Assembly (NCBI GenBank): GCA_963802945.1
Contig: CAWDKY010000032.1
Location: 77,797-141,796, forward strand
DNA length: 64,000 nt
Origin: an uncultured delta proteobacterium
GTDB taxonomy: Bacteria > Desulfobacterota > RBG-13-43-22
Reading direction: 5' to 3'
The notes under the pieces are model-generated. The model did no database searches. It saw only the letters and a program-made list of their open reading frames with translations, and was not told where the DNA came from. The translations under genes and the position numbers were made by a program. This document shows positions 1-10,193 of this stretch, in pieces; the first letter of the stretch is position 1; each line of letters begins with the position of its first letter.

Positions 1-717
1 TTGGGCCTGTCCCCAAGGGGACGGAGGTAAAAATAACCGATAATGGGGAACTGATTTATCGTCAGCCCGGCATTTTTGTCGGATATTATAAGGACCCGGA
101 GAAGACTGCCGAAGTGCTAAAAGACGGGTGGTTTTATAGTGGAGACAGCGGTTTCATCCGGGAGGATGGACACATTGTATTTTTGGACAGGGTCAGAGGA
201 CTTAATTGAGCTGGAAAGTGGCGAAAAACTGGCCCCCCAATGGATTGAGAGCCGGCTGAAATTCAGTCCTTATATCAAGGAAGCCTGGGTTCTGGCCGGA
301 CCGGACCAGGCCTACGCCTCGGCAATATTAATCATTAACTATGATACATGTCAGAAGGTGGGCCGGACAAAAGAGGGTGGCTTATACTACCTTCGCCGAG
401 CTTTCCCAGAAGGCCGGAGGTTTACGAGTTGGTGAAGCAGGATATCGACAGAATAAACAGCACGCTTGCCCCCGGGTTGCAGGGTGAAGAAATATGTCAA
501 CCTGCACAAGGAATTCGATCCGGATGAGGGCGAGGTAACCAGGAACAGAAAGCTGAGGAGGACCTTTTTGGAAGAGCGTTATCGCGAGCTTATCGATGCG
601 ATCTATGGGGATAAGACCGAGGTGTCGATAGAAGCCCGGGTCAGGTATCAGGATGGGCGGACGGGAACCATAAAGACGACTCTTAGCATCAAGTCTGTTG
701 AAGGAGCCTTCGTATGA
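1..717 (+). CDS. Long-chain acyl-CoA synthetase (AMP-binding), C-terminal part; truncated by window edge, frameshifted
   Basis: GWFYSGD, GEKLAPQWIESRLKFSPYIKEA and EFDPDEGEVTRNRKLRR motifs spread over ORFs 139-435 and 466-717. Confidence 0.85.
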
Positions 718-1601
718 CCTTCTTCCTTCAATTGGTGGTAACCGGTTTTGCCCTGGGCATGGTCTATGCCCTTGTCGCCATAGGCTTTGTTATTATTCTA
801 AAATGCTCCAATGCCTTTAACATTGCCCAGGGACACTTTGTAATGATTGGTGGTTACCTGGGCTATACCTTCCTGGTGCCCTTCGGCCTGCCGATATGGG
901 CCACCCTGATTCTGGCAATAGTAGTGGCCATCATCATGGGTTTGTTAATAGAACGCCTTACCCTGCGCCCTTTGATGGGTCAATCAGAACTGGCTGTCAT
1001 CATGATGACTATTGCCTTGGCCACTGTATTGGAAGGGCTGGCAACCCTGATCTGGGGCGGCGAATATAAGACCTACCATGGAGTACTGCCGACGCTGACC
1101 CTGAAACTGGGTCAGATATCCATACCCCCGGAGTCGCTAATCGGACTCATCGTCTCTGTTGTTTGCGTAACGTTGCTCATGCTTCTCTTCCGCTATACCA
1201 AAATCGGACTGGCCATGAGGGCCACTGCCGAGGATTTGCAGGTGGTGCAGAGTGTGGGTATCAAGGCAACCACGGTCTATGCCGTCTCCTGGGTCATTGC
1301 CTGTGTCGTCGGTGTGATCGGCGGCATTCTTTTGGGCGGCGTGTCCGGCGTTATGATACCCCTCGCCGAGATCGGTTTGAAAGCATTCGCCGTGGTGCTG
1401 CTGGGAGGGGTGAACTCAATTGGCGGGGCCATTGTAGCCGGGATCATACTGGGTATGCTGGAAAATGTGGCTGCCGGGTACCTGGACCCATTACTGCCCG
1501 GCGGCGGGCTGGCCCAAATATTTCCGTTTATGGTCATGATCATTGTGCTCATCTTTAGGCCCTATGGTCTATTTGGTCTGGTCAGGATAGAAAGGATTTA
1601 A
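714..1601 (+). CDS. livH: Branched-chain amino acid-type ABC permease (LivH-like)
   Basis: Hydrophobic; FNIAQG and TKIGLAMRATAED motifs. Confidence 0.9.
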   Translation: MTFFLQLVVTGFALGMVYALVAIGFVIILKCSNAFNIAQGHFVMIGGYLGYTFLVPFGLPIWATLILAIVVAIIMGLLIERLTLRPLMGQSELAVIMMTIALATVLEGLATLIWGGEYKTYHGVLPTLTLKLGQISIPPESLIGLIVSVVCVTLLMLLFRYTKIGLAMRATAEDLQVVQSVGIKATTVYAVSWVIACVVGVIGGILLGGVSGVMIPLAEIGLKAFAVVLLGGVNSIGGAIVAGIILGMLENVAAGYLDPLLPGGGLAQIFPFMVMIIVLIFRPYGLFGLVRIERI

Positions 1602-1604
1602 TCA

Positions 1605-2650
1605 ATGGGTTTACGCTCCGGAACCTTTCAAGAAACCTACGCGCAGGATATGGCTGTCTTCCGCACCAAGGCTGCAATGGGGAATGCTCCTGGTCTTTCC
1701 TCATCTTTCTTTTCACCTGCCCATTGTTATTTCAGTGACAGGATACTGACCATCATGACCATGATCGGTATTGCCATTATCAGTGTTCACGGGCTCAATA
1801 TTCTGACCGGATACTGCGGCCAAATCTCCATGGGCCATGTGGGTTTTATGGCAGTCGGCGCCTATGTCTCGGCGATCTTAACCGCCAAGCTCGGCTGGTC
1901 ATTCTGGGCGGCCTTGCCCTGTGCCGCCCTGGCCGCGGGAATGGCAGGTTTGATCTTCGGTCTGCCGTCCTTAAAGATCAAGGGTTCTACCTCATTATGG
2001 CCACCATCGCCGCCCATTTTATTATTATCTGGCTGATCCTCCAGCTCCGAAGTATCACCGGCGGAGCTGACGGCATGGCTGTGCCCAAACCCCGGATAGG
2101 CAGTATCGTGTTGACGTCCAAAGCCAGCTACTTCTACCTGGTTATGATAATGGCCTGCCTGGCCACGTTCTTGGCTGTAAACATGGTCAGGACCAGGGCA
2201 GGCAGGGCCTTCGTCGCCATCAGAGATAACGACCTGGCGGCTGAGGTCATGGGGATCAATCTGTGGAGTTATAAGCTGCAGGCATTCTTTATCGGCTGTG
2301 TTTATGCCGGAGTGGCCGGGGCCTTGCTGGTTCACTACTATGGATTCGCCAGTGTCGACCAGTTTCCCTTCATGGATTCCGTCTGGTATATGGGCATGCT
2401 GATTGTCGGCGGAATGGGCAGCATCCCGGGGGCTATTCTCGGCGCCGTATCTCTCAAGCTGCTGGATGAGCTGGTCACCATTGTCGGCCCCATCTTATCG
2501 GCAGCCGTTGCTGCCCAGGCAGCCGCTTCATTGGCCCTCATCACCCGGGGATTAGTCATTATTCTCTTTCTTATTTTTGAACCCAGGGGACTCGCACACC
2601 GGTGGGAGACTTATCAAGGCCTATTTCAGATTGTGGCCTTTCTCACATGA
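1605..2650 (+). CDS. livM: Branched-chain amino acid-type ABC permease (LivM-like), frameshifted
   Basis: GLNILTGYCGQISMGH and GRAFVAIRDND motifs in two overlapping ORFs. Confidence 0.85.
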
Positions 2651-2735
2651 AGAAACAGAGTGAAGGGGGTGATTGATCCGACAAAATACTAAACTTGTTG
2701 TTTAAACCATCAAACCATGTTGAGAGGAGGAGACA

Positions 2736-3995
2736 ATGGCTAAAATTAAATTTGGTTCAATGTGGGTCGCATTCGTAATGTTGTTTATGGTAGGTGGATT
2801 GCTGTTTTCCCCGAAGGCCAACGCTGCCGGAAAAACCGTGTATATCGGCGGCACCATGTCGCTGACCGGACCCTACGCTGAGGATTCGGCGGCAATCCTG
2901 GCTGCCTTTGAGGACTATGTTAAGTATGTAAACGAGACCAAACGTTTGGCCCCCTGGCGCAAAGAGAAATGGCCCGCCGATATAAACCTGGAACTGCTCT
3001 GGCGCGATGACGAGCTCAAACCGGCCAAGGCCCTCTCCATCTACGAGGAGCTCAAGGCCAAAGGGATGCTGGTCTACAGGATATCGGGATCGCCCATCGC
3101 CCTGGCCCTCAAGGACAGGCTGAATCAGGACCACATGGGGGCCACGAGTATGGCCTCCGGACCCTACCTCCTGAAACCACCGCAAACCGTTTTTACCTAT
3201 TATCCCATTTATACCGATTCCCTGGCGGCAATCGCCGATTGGTTTAAGGCCCAATGGAAGGGGCCGGGGAAACCAAGGGTGGCTTACCTGACCGCTGATA
3301 ATGCCATGGGCAAGTCGATTGAAATACCTGAGATGAAAGCCTATCTTGAGAAGGCGGGATTTGAATTTGTCGGTATCCAGTATGTGCCCCTGGTCCCCAC
3401 CTCCCCGCCTACGACCCAATTAATGTGGCTGAAACAAAACAAGGTTGACCTGGCCCTGGGTGTGATGGTCAACCCCGGCTCACAACCGACCATCAAAGAA
3501 GCGGTAAGACTGGGCATGGGCCCCCATCTGGATTACAAAATCGTTTTCGGTCAAGCCTTACCCAGCCACGCCGCCGTGTTCGCTCCGGCCATGGGTGTGC
3601 TGGGTGACGGTTTTATCTGTGCCGGGAGTTTTCCTCCATTGGATGATCTAGCCACTCCGGGGATAAAATTCTGTGACGACCTGCAGAAGAAATATCACCC
3701 AACCAAAAGGGCCACCCATGTCATGTACGTGGGCGGTATGCTCGAGGCCATGGTCCAGGTTGAAGCCTTAAGGCTGGCCTTGCAAAAGACGCCCCTTGAA
3801 AAGCTGAAACCGGAAGATGTGCTTCAAAACGGGTTCTACAAAATTAAAAATCTTTCTACCGGGAACTTGAGTGCCACCCCAATGAGCTATGGTCCGGGGA
3901 ATGTCGAAGGAGTTAGTGCAGTACGTATAGACCAGGTCCAGAAGGGAAAAGTGGTCAACCTGGGCACAACATGGCCGATTCGGCATATTTATTAA
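2736..3995 (+). CDS. ABC transporter substrate-binding protein (Liv/HAAT family)
   Basis: Signal peptide, SLTGPYA motif, GAGGAGG RBS, follows the permeases. Confidence 0.9.
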   Translation: MAKIKFGSMWVAFVMLFMVGGLLFSPKANAAGKTVYIGGTMSLTGPYAEDSAAILAAFEDYVKYVNETKRLAPWRKEKWPADINLELLWRDDELKPAKALSIYEELKAKGMLVYRISGSPIALALKDRLNQDHMGATSMASGPYLLKPPQTVFTYYPIYTDSLAAIADWFKAQWKGPGKPRVAYLTADNAMGKSIEIPEMKAYLEKAGFEFVGIQYVPLVPTSPPTTQLMWLKQNKVDLALGVMVNPGSQPTIKEAVRLGMGPHLDYKIVFGQALPSHAAVFAPAMGVLGDGFICAGSFPPLDDLATPGIKFCDDLQKKYHPTKRATHVMYVGGMLEAMVQVEALRLALQKTPLEKLKPEDVLQNGFYKIKNLSTGNLSATPMSYGPGNVEGVSAVRIDQVQKGKVVNLGTTWPIRHIY

Positions 3996-4375
3996 CCCTA
4001 ATCACGATCATTCCGGGGGCTCTGCGTCAAGGGCCCCTGGTTACCTCAGTCGTAAACCTTTTTTATTAGCTACGAACCCACACAGACTCACGGGACAAGT
4101 CAAGGGCGATGAACTACTTTCTCGCCCTTGACGAGGTCGGCCCTACAACTATTCTAAAGAGACCATTCCGAAGGTTAACGATTACCATTTAAAATCTGCA
4201 TAAAAAAAAGGGGGGGGCCGCATTTGCCCATCACTTTATTTGAAATGACTAAGAGTCAAGGGTAGACTTGACCCCTTTTTTAACCATCTAGTCCATTCCA
4301 GCGATGGTGGTGTCCGACACGAGGCCTGTCTGGAACTGCTTTTTAGACGAGTCTAAAGCGGACTGCCGGGCCGCC

Positions 4376-4643
4376 TCATTTCTTTTGATTCGCTACGATA
4401 TATTCAGCCATGGTTCTTATAGAGGTGAATATCTTCCGCCCTTCTCTTAGGTTTTCGATCTTAATACCGTAATTGTTTTCCATAAGAATGGCAAGCTCCA
4501 TCGCATCAATAGAATCAAGACCCAACCCGTTTCCGAAAAGAGGTGCTTCCGTTTCAATTTCTTCCGGTGTAAGGTCTAACAGGTTCAGCAGCGGTTATGA
4601 TCTCTTCCTTCAGTTTGAGAATCAATTCCTCCATGATTTTCAT
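4376..4643 (-). CDS. Acyl carrier protein (not in ORF track; one frameshift near 4590)
   Basis: Minus strand reads MKIMEELILKLKEEII.../NLLDLTPEEIETEAPLFGNGLGLDSIDAMELAILMENNYGIKIE...ANQKK*, with GLDSID phosphopantetheine motif. Confidence 0.85.
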
Positions 4644-5041
4644 TTTCCTTTAAATAGTTTTTCCAAATTAAAAAGTAAATTTTAACACATTCTTTAAATT
4701 TTTTAAATCTTTTTATCCTGTCTTCCTGCTCAACCACGAAGGGAGAAAGGAGGCTATTCTACAGGAGCGAAGAGAAAAGAAATGGTTGAATGAATGATAA
4801 GAACTTGCTTTTTATGGGAGGAAGTATAAGTTGAAAAAAAAGTCGAAGTCAAGGAGAAAATCAGGTCAAAATTTGATAAGAAGTTGCTTTTTGATGGGTA
4901 AAGTATAAGACAAAGAAAAGTTTAGATCAAGAAGAAAAATAGGGCGGAAGGTAAGATGACAAAGGGGGACGTTTGAAGAAAAAAGGGACTTTGCCAGTTG
5001 GGATTATACCAAGAGTGAGAAATAAGGGGGAAAGAAGGCCT

Positions 5042-6152
5042 GGCAGATTCTACTTGCAAGTGCGCCACATTAGATAACCGCAGGACATGATGGGATTTTC
5101 TGGTAGTGTGTGAAGCACGACCAACACGCACCCCAGAAAGGGACCCATCATGCCCTATACCCATCTTACAGAAAAAGATCGATATGTCATCAGCCATTTG
5201 AAGGTGGCCGGTTTTTCGCTACGGGAGATTGGACGTCGTCTCGGGCGAGACCATGCCACCATTAGTCGGGAGATCAAACGTAACGGCCCAACCTATCCTG
5301 AAGGAATATACTGGTACGATTTCACACAACCCCGGGCCATTGAGCGGCGTCATAAAGCCCGGCATTATCGCCGGCATGATCACCGTACGCTGGTTGAATA
5401 TGTTGAAGCTAAAATCCGTATCGAATGGCCTCCGGAAGTTATTGCTGCTCACCTAAAGCTTGATCACCCAAACGATAAAACCATGCGTATCTGCCAGGAA
5501 ACTATTTATCGGTGGATATTTCAAGATGCTCAACAAGGTGGCGATCTCTACTGCTATCAGAGACGCCGTCACAAAAAACGCCGCAAACAAAGACGCTATG
5601 GCTCGGGAAGACGTTTTATCCCTGGGCGTGTTTCCATTGATCAACGTCCATCCCTGGTTGATTTACGCCAACGGTTTGGGGACTGGGAAGGGGACACGCT
5701 GGAAGGTGGAAAAGGAAAAGGGGGCCTGGCCACTCATGTCGAGCGTAAAGGCCGTTATCTATTGGCAGCCAAGCTCTCGGACAAGACCTCCAACACCATG
5801 ACTCAGCAAAGCATTAAATCCTTTCGGAAAGCTCCCCGGACCCTACGCCATACCCTCACCGTTGATAATGGTAAAGAATTTTCTAATTTCAAAGAGCTCG
5901 AAAATAAAACCGGGTTAAAAGTCTATTTCGCAGACCCCTATGCAGCTTGGCAGCGGGGAATCAATGAAAATACAAATGGTCTGTTAAGACAATATTTCCC
6001 AAAAGGAACTGATTTCCAAAAGATATCGGAAAAAGAGATTGCTTTTGTCGTTAAAAAACTAAATAATCGCCCCAGAAAATGTCTCCACTACCAGACCCCT
6101 CATGCGGTCTTCTGTCAGGCTCTTAGTGGTGCACTTTGAAGTAGAATCTGCC
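5042..6152 (+). mobile_element. IS30-family insertion sequence
   Basis: 27-bp imperfect terminal IRs: GGCAGATTCTACTTGCAAGTGCGCCAC (5042) and revcomp GGCAGATTCTACTTCAAAGTGCACCAC (6126-6152). Confidence 0.93.
5150..6139 (+). CDS. IS30-family DDE transposase
   Basis: [50 protein letters not shown]. Confidence 0.97.
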   Translation: MPYTHLTEKDRYVISHLKVAGFSLREIGRRLGRDHATISREIKRNGPTYPEGIYWYDFTQPRAIERRHKARHYRRHDHRTLVEYVEAKIRIEWPPEVIAAHLKLDHPNDKTMRICQETIYRWIFQDAQQGGDLYCYQRRRHKKRRKQRRYGSGRRFIPGRVSIDQRPSLVDLRQRFGDWEGDTLEGGKGKGGLATHVERKGRYLLAAKLSDKTSNTMTQQSIKSFRKAPRTLRHTLTVDNGKEFSNFKELENKTGLKVYFADPYAAWQRGINENTNGLLRQYFPKGTDFQKISEKEIAFVVKKLNNRPRKCLHYQTPHAVFCQALSGAL

Positions 6153-6249
6153 GTTTCACCTAAGGGGAACAACCCGAAGTATAAAAATCACCCTGCACCT
6201 TTTGAAAAAGGGAGGACCAGGGGAAATTTTAATAAGGTGTAGGACATTC

Positions 6250-7157
6250 ATGGATCAAATTTTAAAAGGACTTTATCGCTTGGGAGTACGTGAGTTTCCT
6301 TCTTATCTCGTAGTGGGGAGCAGTCTAATTATTCAGGTTGATGCTGGAACCACATTTACGGGGCCGCAGGTCCTCCAAGATATTCAAGAAGCGCTGGGGA
6401 AAGGAAGGGGACCGGACTTTCTTTTCCACACCCATTCCCACTTCGACCATGTAGGCAGCACCCCTTTTCTCAAGCGGCACTTTCCGGAGATAAAAATAGG
6501 CGGCAGTGAAACGTTCGCCAGGCGGCTCTCTCAGCCCAAGGCCGGGAAAGCCATAGCTGATCTCAACCGTGCGCTTGTTCAGAAAAATAATATGGACCAG
6601 GGCTTTATTCCCGGGGATTTTGACTACAGCCTCTTGACGGTTGAGCGGATTCTTAAAAACGGGGATTTGGTCGATCTGGGTGGAGGGGCATCGCTTGAGG
6701 TCCTCGCCACTCCCGGCCACACCAACGACAGCCTGAGCTTCTTTCTCCCCCATCTGGAGGTCATGCTGCCGGGCGATGCGCTCGGGATCCTTCCGGGAGA
6801 TGATGTTTGGGTGGCGCCCCAGTTTCTATCTAGCTACGAGGATTATCTCGACTCCATCGATCGGGTTAGAAAAAAAGCGCCGAAAACCCTTCTCTTGGGC
6901 CATCACTCCGTGGTACGCCAAGCGGAATCGACCGATTTTTTAAGGCCGCTGTTTCCGACTGCCAGGCCTTCCGGGAGATGATCGAACAGTATCTGAACGA
7001 ATTCCAGATGAAGGAAGAAATGGTCGTCCAGCGTATCCAGGCCGCCGAGTATCAGACGCTCCGCAAAAGCAAACAGCCCGAGGCGGCTTTTCTTTTAAAC
7101 CTTGCCGCCCAGGTCCGCTTGATCGCGAGAGATATGAAAGGGGATCGGATGGGATAA
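6250..7157 (+). CDS. MBL-fold metallo-hydrolase, frameshift near 6940
   Basis: THSHFDH, TPGHT, GDA, GHH motifs; second frame continues ...QPEAAFLLNLAAQ... to TAA at 7157. Confidence 0.85.
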
Positions 7158-7280
7158 TATTATTTTCAGGCAAAATGCCTGACCTATTTAATTTTGAGCT
7201 TTGAGTTTCGTTCCCACCCATAGCGTGGGAACAATAAATAGGTTTGTGGTTTACTTCAGCTTTCAGTTTTCAGCTATTTT

Positions 7281-8801
7281 TTATTTTCCGAGCTTATCCT
7301 TAAGCTCCCTTTTCAGTATTTTACCGGCACTATTGCGGGGGAATTCTTTTACAAAAACGACCTTTTTGGGAATCTTAAAGTAGGCAATTTTTTCTTGGAG
7401 GACTTCGAGCAGTACTTCTTCGGTCATCGTAGCGCCCTTGTTCAGCAAAACAAAGGCCGCCACCACTTCGCCCCGCTTGGAATCGGGCATCCCGACCGCT
7501 GCGGCCTCCGACACTTGAGGAATCGATTCGATGGCGCGCTCCACTTCGGCGGCATAGATATTCTCTCCCGAACTGATAATCATATCGATCTTTCGGCCGA
7601 CAATATAAAGAAACCCCTCACGATCCTGTTTCCCTAGATCGCCAGTGTAAAACCATCCATCGCGGAAAGACGCCTGCGTCTCTTGCTCCTTATTCCAGTA
7701 TCTTAAAAAAACGGTGGGGCCCTTTACCACAACCTCACCAACTTCGCCCGGCGGCACATCCTGGCCGCTTTCATCCACGATTCGCAAGTGGGTGTGGAAT
7801 ACCTCTTTGCCGACCGACCCGGCTTTGCGGATAGTGTCTTCGAGATCCAGGGAGGTCAGTCGCAAAGTTTCGGTCATGGCATACCCCTGCGTGAACCGGA
7901 CTCCCTTTTCCTCCTGATACTTGCGGATCAGGTCAACGGACATGGAAGCCCCGCCGGCAATGAAGAAATAGACGTGGGAAAAATCAGCTCTTTCCCAGGC
8001 GTCGGTTTTGGCCATCATTTCAAACATCACCGGTACCGCAAACATGTAGTTGATTTTTTCAGCGCAGATAAGCTCAACAACTTCCGAAGGGTTGTCGAAA
8101 CTTTTAAGAACCAGCGAGCCTCCGGCATAAATAGCCGGCGTGGCCGAGGCGGCCAGGGCCCCGATGTGGAAAAGGGGAGCTACTACAAGGGATTTGCAGT
8201 TGGAGCTGATGCCGTAGCCGATCAGGGAATGGATGGCCCCAAAAAGAAAGTTTTCATGCGAAAGCACGGCCCCTTTGGGATCGCCGGTCGTCCCGGATGT
8301 ATACATGATGACTAAGGGATCTTTCAGGGTCAATTCCTCCGCGGGAATCGGTTCTTCTTCCGGAAATGAGGCTGTAAAATTCGCAAGAGAAGCATCGCTG
8401 GAAAATCGGTCGCCGCCATGCTGGAGATAATGCTCAACCGCTGGGGATGCAGCTTTAAGCCCCTCGGCCTTGTCTACAAGTTCAGCAGAATAGATCAGGG
8501 CCCGGGGAGCGGCATCTTTAATGATATAACCCATTTCCGGCAGCGCCAGTTTTAAATTAATGGGGACGATCATCGCACCGGTTTTGGCGCAGGCAAAAAA
8601 GACTTCCAGAAATTCGCTGGAGTTGACCATCAGGGTTGCCACCCGTTCACCCTTTTTGACGTCGAGCGCTGCCAGCGCATGGGCGGTTTGGTTCACCCGC
8701 GCATTGAACTGGCGGTTGGTGAATGCCCGGTCTTCCTGTTTTAGAAAAGGCCGCTGCGGATAAGTCAGCGCGCGCTTGTAAATCCACTCCCCAATGTTCA
8801 T
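7281..8801 (-). CDS. Acyl-CoA ligase (FadD/MenE-like AMP-binding enzyme)
   Basis: YTSGTTGDPKG, GYAMTE, GWFYTGD, PRNSAGKILK. Confidence 0.93.
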   Translation of the reverse strand: MNIGEWIYKRALTYPQRPFLKQEDRAFTNRQFNARVNQTAHALAALDVKKGERVATLMVNSSEFLEVFFACAKTGAMIVPINLKLALPEMGYIIKDAAPRALIYSAELVDKAEGLKAASPAVEHYLQHGGDRFSSDASLANFTASFPEEEPIPAEELTLKDPLVIMYTSGTTGDPKGAVLSHENFLFGAIHSLIGYGISSNCKSLVVAPLFHIGALAASATPAIYAGGSLVLKSFDNPSEVVELICAEKINYMFAVPVMFEMMAKTDAWERADFSHVYFFIAGGASMSVDLIRKYQEEKGVRFTQGYAMTETLRLTSLDLEDTIRKAGSVGKEVFHTHLRIVDESGQDVPPGEVGEVVVKGPTVFLRYWNKEQETQASFRDGWFYTGDLGKQDREGFLYIVGRKIDMIISSGENIYAAEVERAIESIPQVSEAAAVGMPDSKRGEVVAAFVLLNKGATMTEEVLLEVLQEKIAYFKIPKKVVFVKEFPRNSAGKILKRELKDKLGK

Positions 8802-8818
8802 CGAGATTACTCCTTAAC

Positions 8819-8941
8819 AGGTTGCTGAAAAAGGCCCATCTACTGTGTTGCCCTCATCCCTCGTCATTGCGGCGTACCTCTGTGTACGCCTCACAGTCTC
8901 GGAATTTCGGCGCCTTGTATCTGGACCTTTTCGAGCAACCT
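8819..8941. repeat. MITE/REP-like element, copy A
   Basis: Terminal IR AGGTTGCTGAAAAAGG...CCTTTTCGAGCAACCT; body is the reverse complement of the element at 46266-46459. Confidence 0.85.
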
Positions 8942-8969
8942 TTAAAATAAATTGGTAATACGCAAATTG

Positions 8970-10193
8970 TTAAGTAATATTTTTCAGCACCAGCGAAACA
9001 AAGGTCCCCCCGGATGAAAACCCGTTTATCAGACCGAAATTAATTGGAAGGTCTATCTTTTTTTCCATGACAAACCGCAGCGGACGGATCGGATTTTTAA
9101 GACCGACCGTGGGGGGAATGCTTCCCGCCTTTATCGATAAGGCCATGGCCGCCGTCCTTATCCCCCCGGATGAGAAGCTCTCACCCACAGCCCCTTTAAT
9201 GGCGCTGATATAGGGTCGATCAGTAGCGCTTCCAAATACGATAGACAGCGCCTCGGCCTCAAGGGCGTCCAGTCTGCTGCCGCCGCTGGCGGCGGCCGAG
9301 ACATAATCGATTGCGCCGGGGGCGATCCCGGCCGAATTCAGCGCCCGGGTGATCGCCAGGACCGACCCCCGGGGATCTGAAGGCCAGTCGGTGGGCGGGG
9401 CCGGCGCTGAGCTCAGGCCCCATCCGACAATTTCACAATAGGGTCTGTGCCCGCGGGCCTCGGCCTGCGAGAAGGTCTCAAGGCATACCATCCCCGCCCC
9501 CTCGCCGACTACCGGTCCGTTTCGACGGATGTCAAAGGGACGTGCTCCCTCCGGCCCGCCGCCTAACGGGGAAAGGGCCTTAAAATGGGTCAGCACTCTA
9601 AAAAAGAATTCTGAAATAATATCTACGCCACCGGCAAACATAAAATCGGCCCGGCCTTGTTTAATCTCAGAAGCGGCGTAGACGATGGCCGTCTCGGCCG
9701 AGGCCTCACGGTGATTGATGGTTGAGTTGATCCCCCTGAAGCCAAGCTCGATGGAAGTATGGCCGGCCGGCGCGTTCATCACCGTATTCGGCACCTGAAA
9801 GGGACCGACCATCCCCGGGCCTTGGCTGAGAAGCACTCCGGCAAACTGGGCGGCAACGTCGGTGCTGCCGACGGCGGTCCCCAGGATAATCCCCGTCCGA
9901 TCCCGGTTGGAGACGTCTATGCTGACCCCGGCATCCTCCAGGGCCATCCTGGCTGAAGCGCAGGCCAGAGAGGATGTCCGGTCCATCTTGCGAAGGTTTT
10001 TCACGGAGATGAACGCTCTGGGGCTAAAGTCCGTTACAGCCGCTCCCAGTTTGGAAGCAAAATGGGACGTATCAAAATGCGTAATCGGGGAGATGCCGCA
10101 GTCTCCCCGGAAAAGTTTCTGCAAGAAATCATCCTTTCCAACCCCTAAGGGAGTGACCAGGCCGACCCCGGATATGACCACACGGTTACTCAT
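8970..10193 (-). CDS. Ketosynthase-like protein lacking the catalytic Cys (chain-length-factor-like)
   Basis: FabF fold (VVISGVGLVTPLG, GEGAG), but NHREAS at the Cys position and no HGT motif; start MSNRVV overlaps the KS stop. Confidence 0.85.
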   Translation of the reverse strand: MSNRVVISGVGLVTPLGVGKDDFLQKLFRGDCGISPITHFDTSHFASKLGAAVTDFSPRAFISVKNLRKMDRTSSLACASARMALEDAGVSIDVSNRDRTGIILGTAVGSTDVAAQFAGVLLSQGPGMVGPFQVPNTVMNAPAGHTSIELGFRGINSTINHREASAETAIVYAASEIKQGRADFMFAGGVDIISEFFFRVLTHFKALSPLGGGPEGARPFDIRRNGPVVGEGAGMVCLETFSQAEARGHRPYCEIVGWGLSSAPAPPTDWPSDPRGSVLAITRALNSAGIAPGAIDYVSAAASGGSRLDALEAEALSIVFGSATDRPYISAIKGAVGESFSSGGIRTAAMALSIKAGSIPPTVGLKNPIRPLRFVMEKKIDLPINFGLINGFSSGGTFVSLVLKNIT

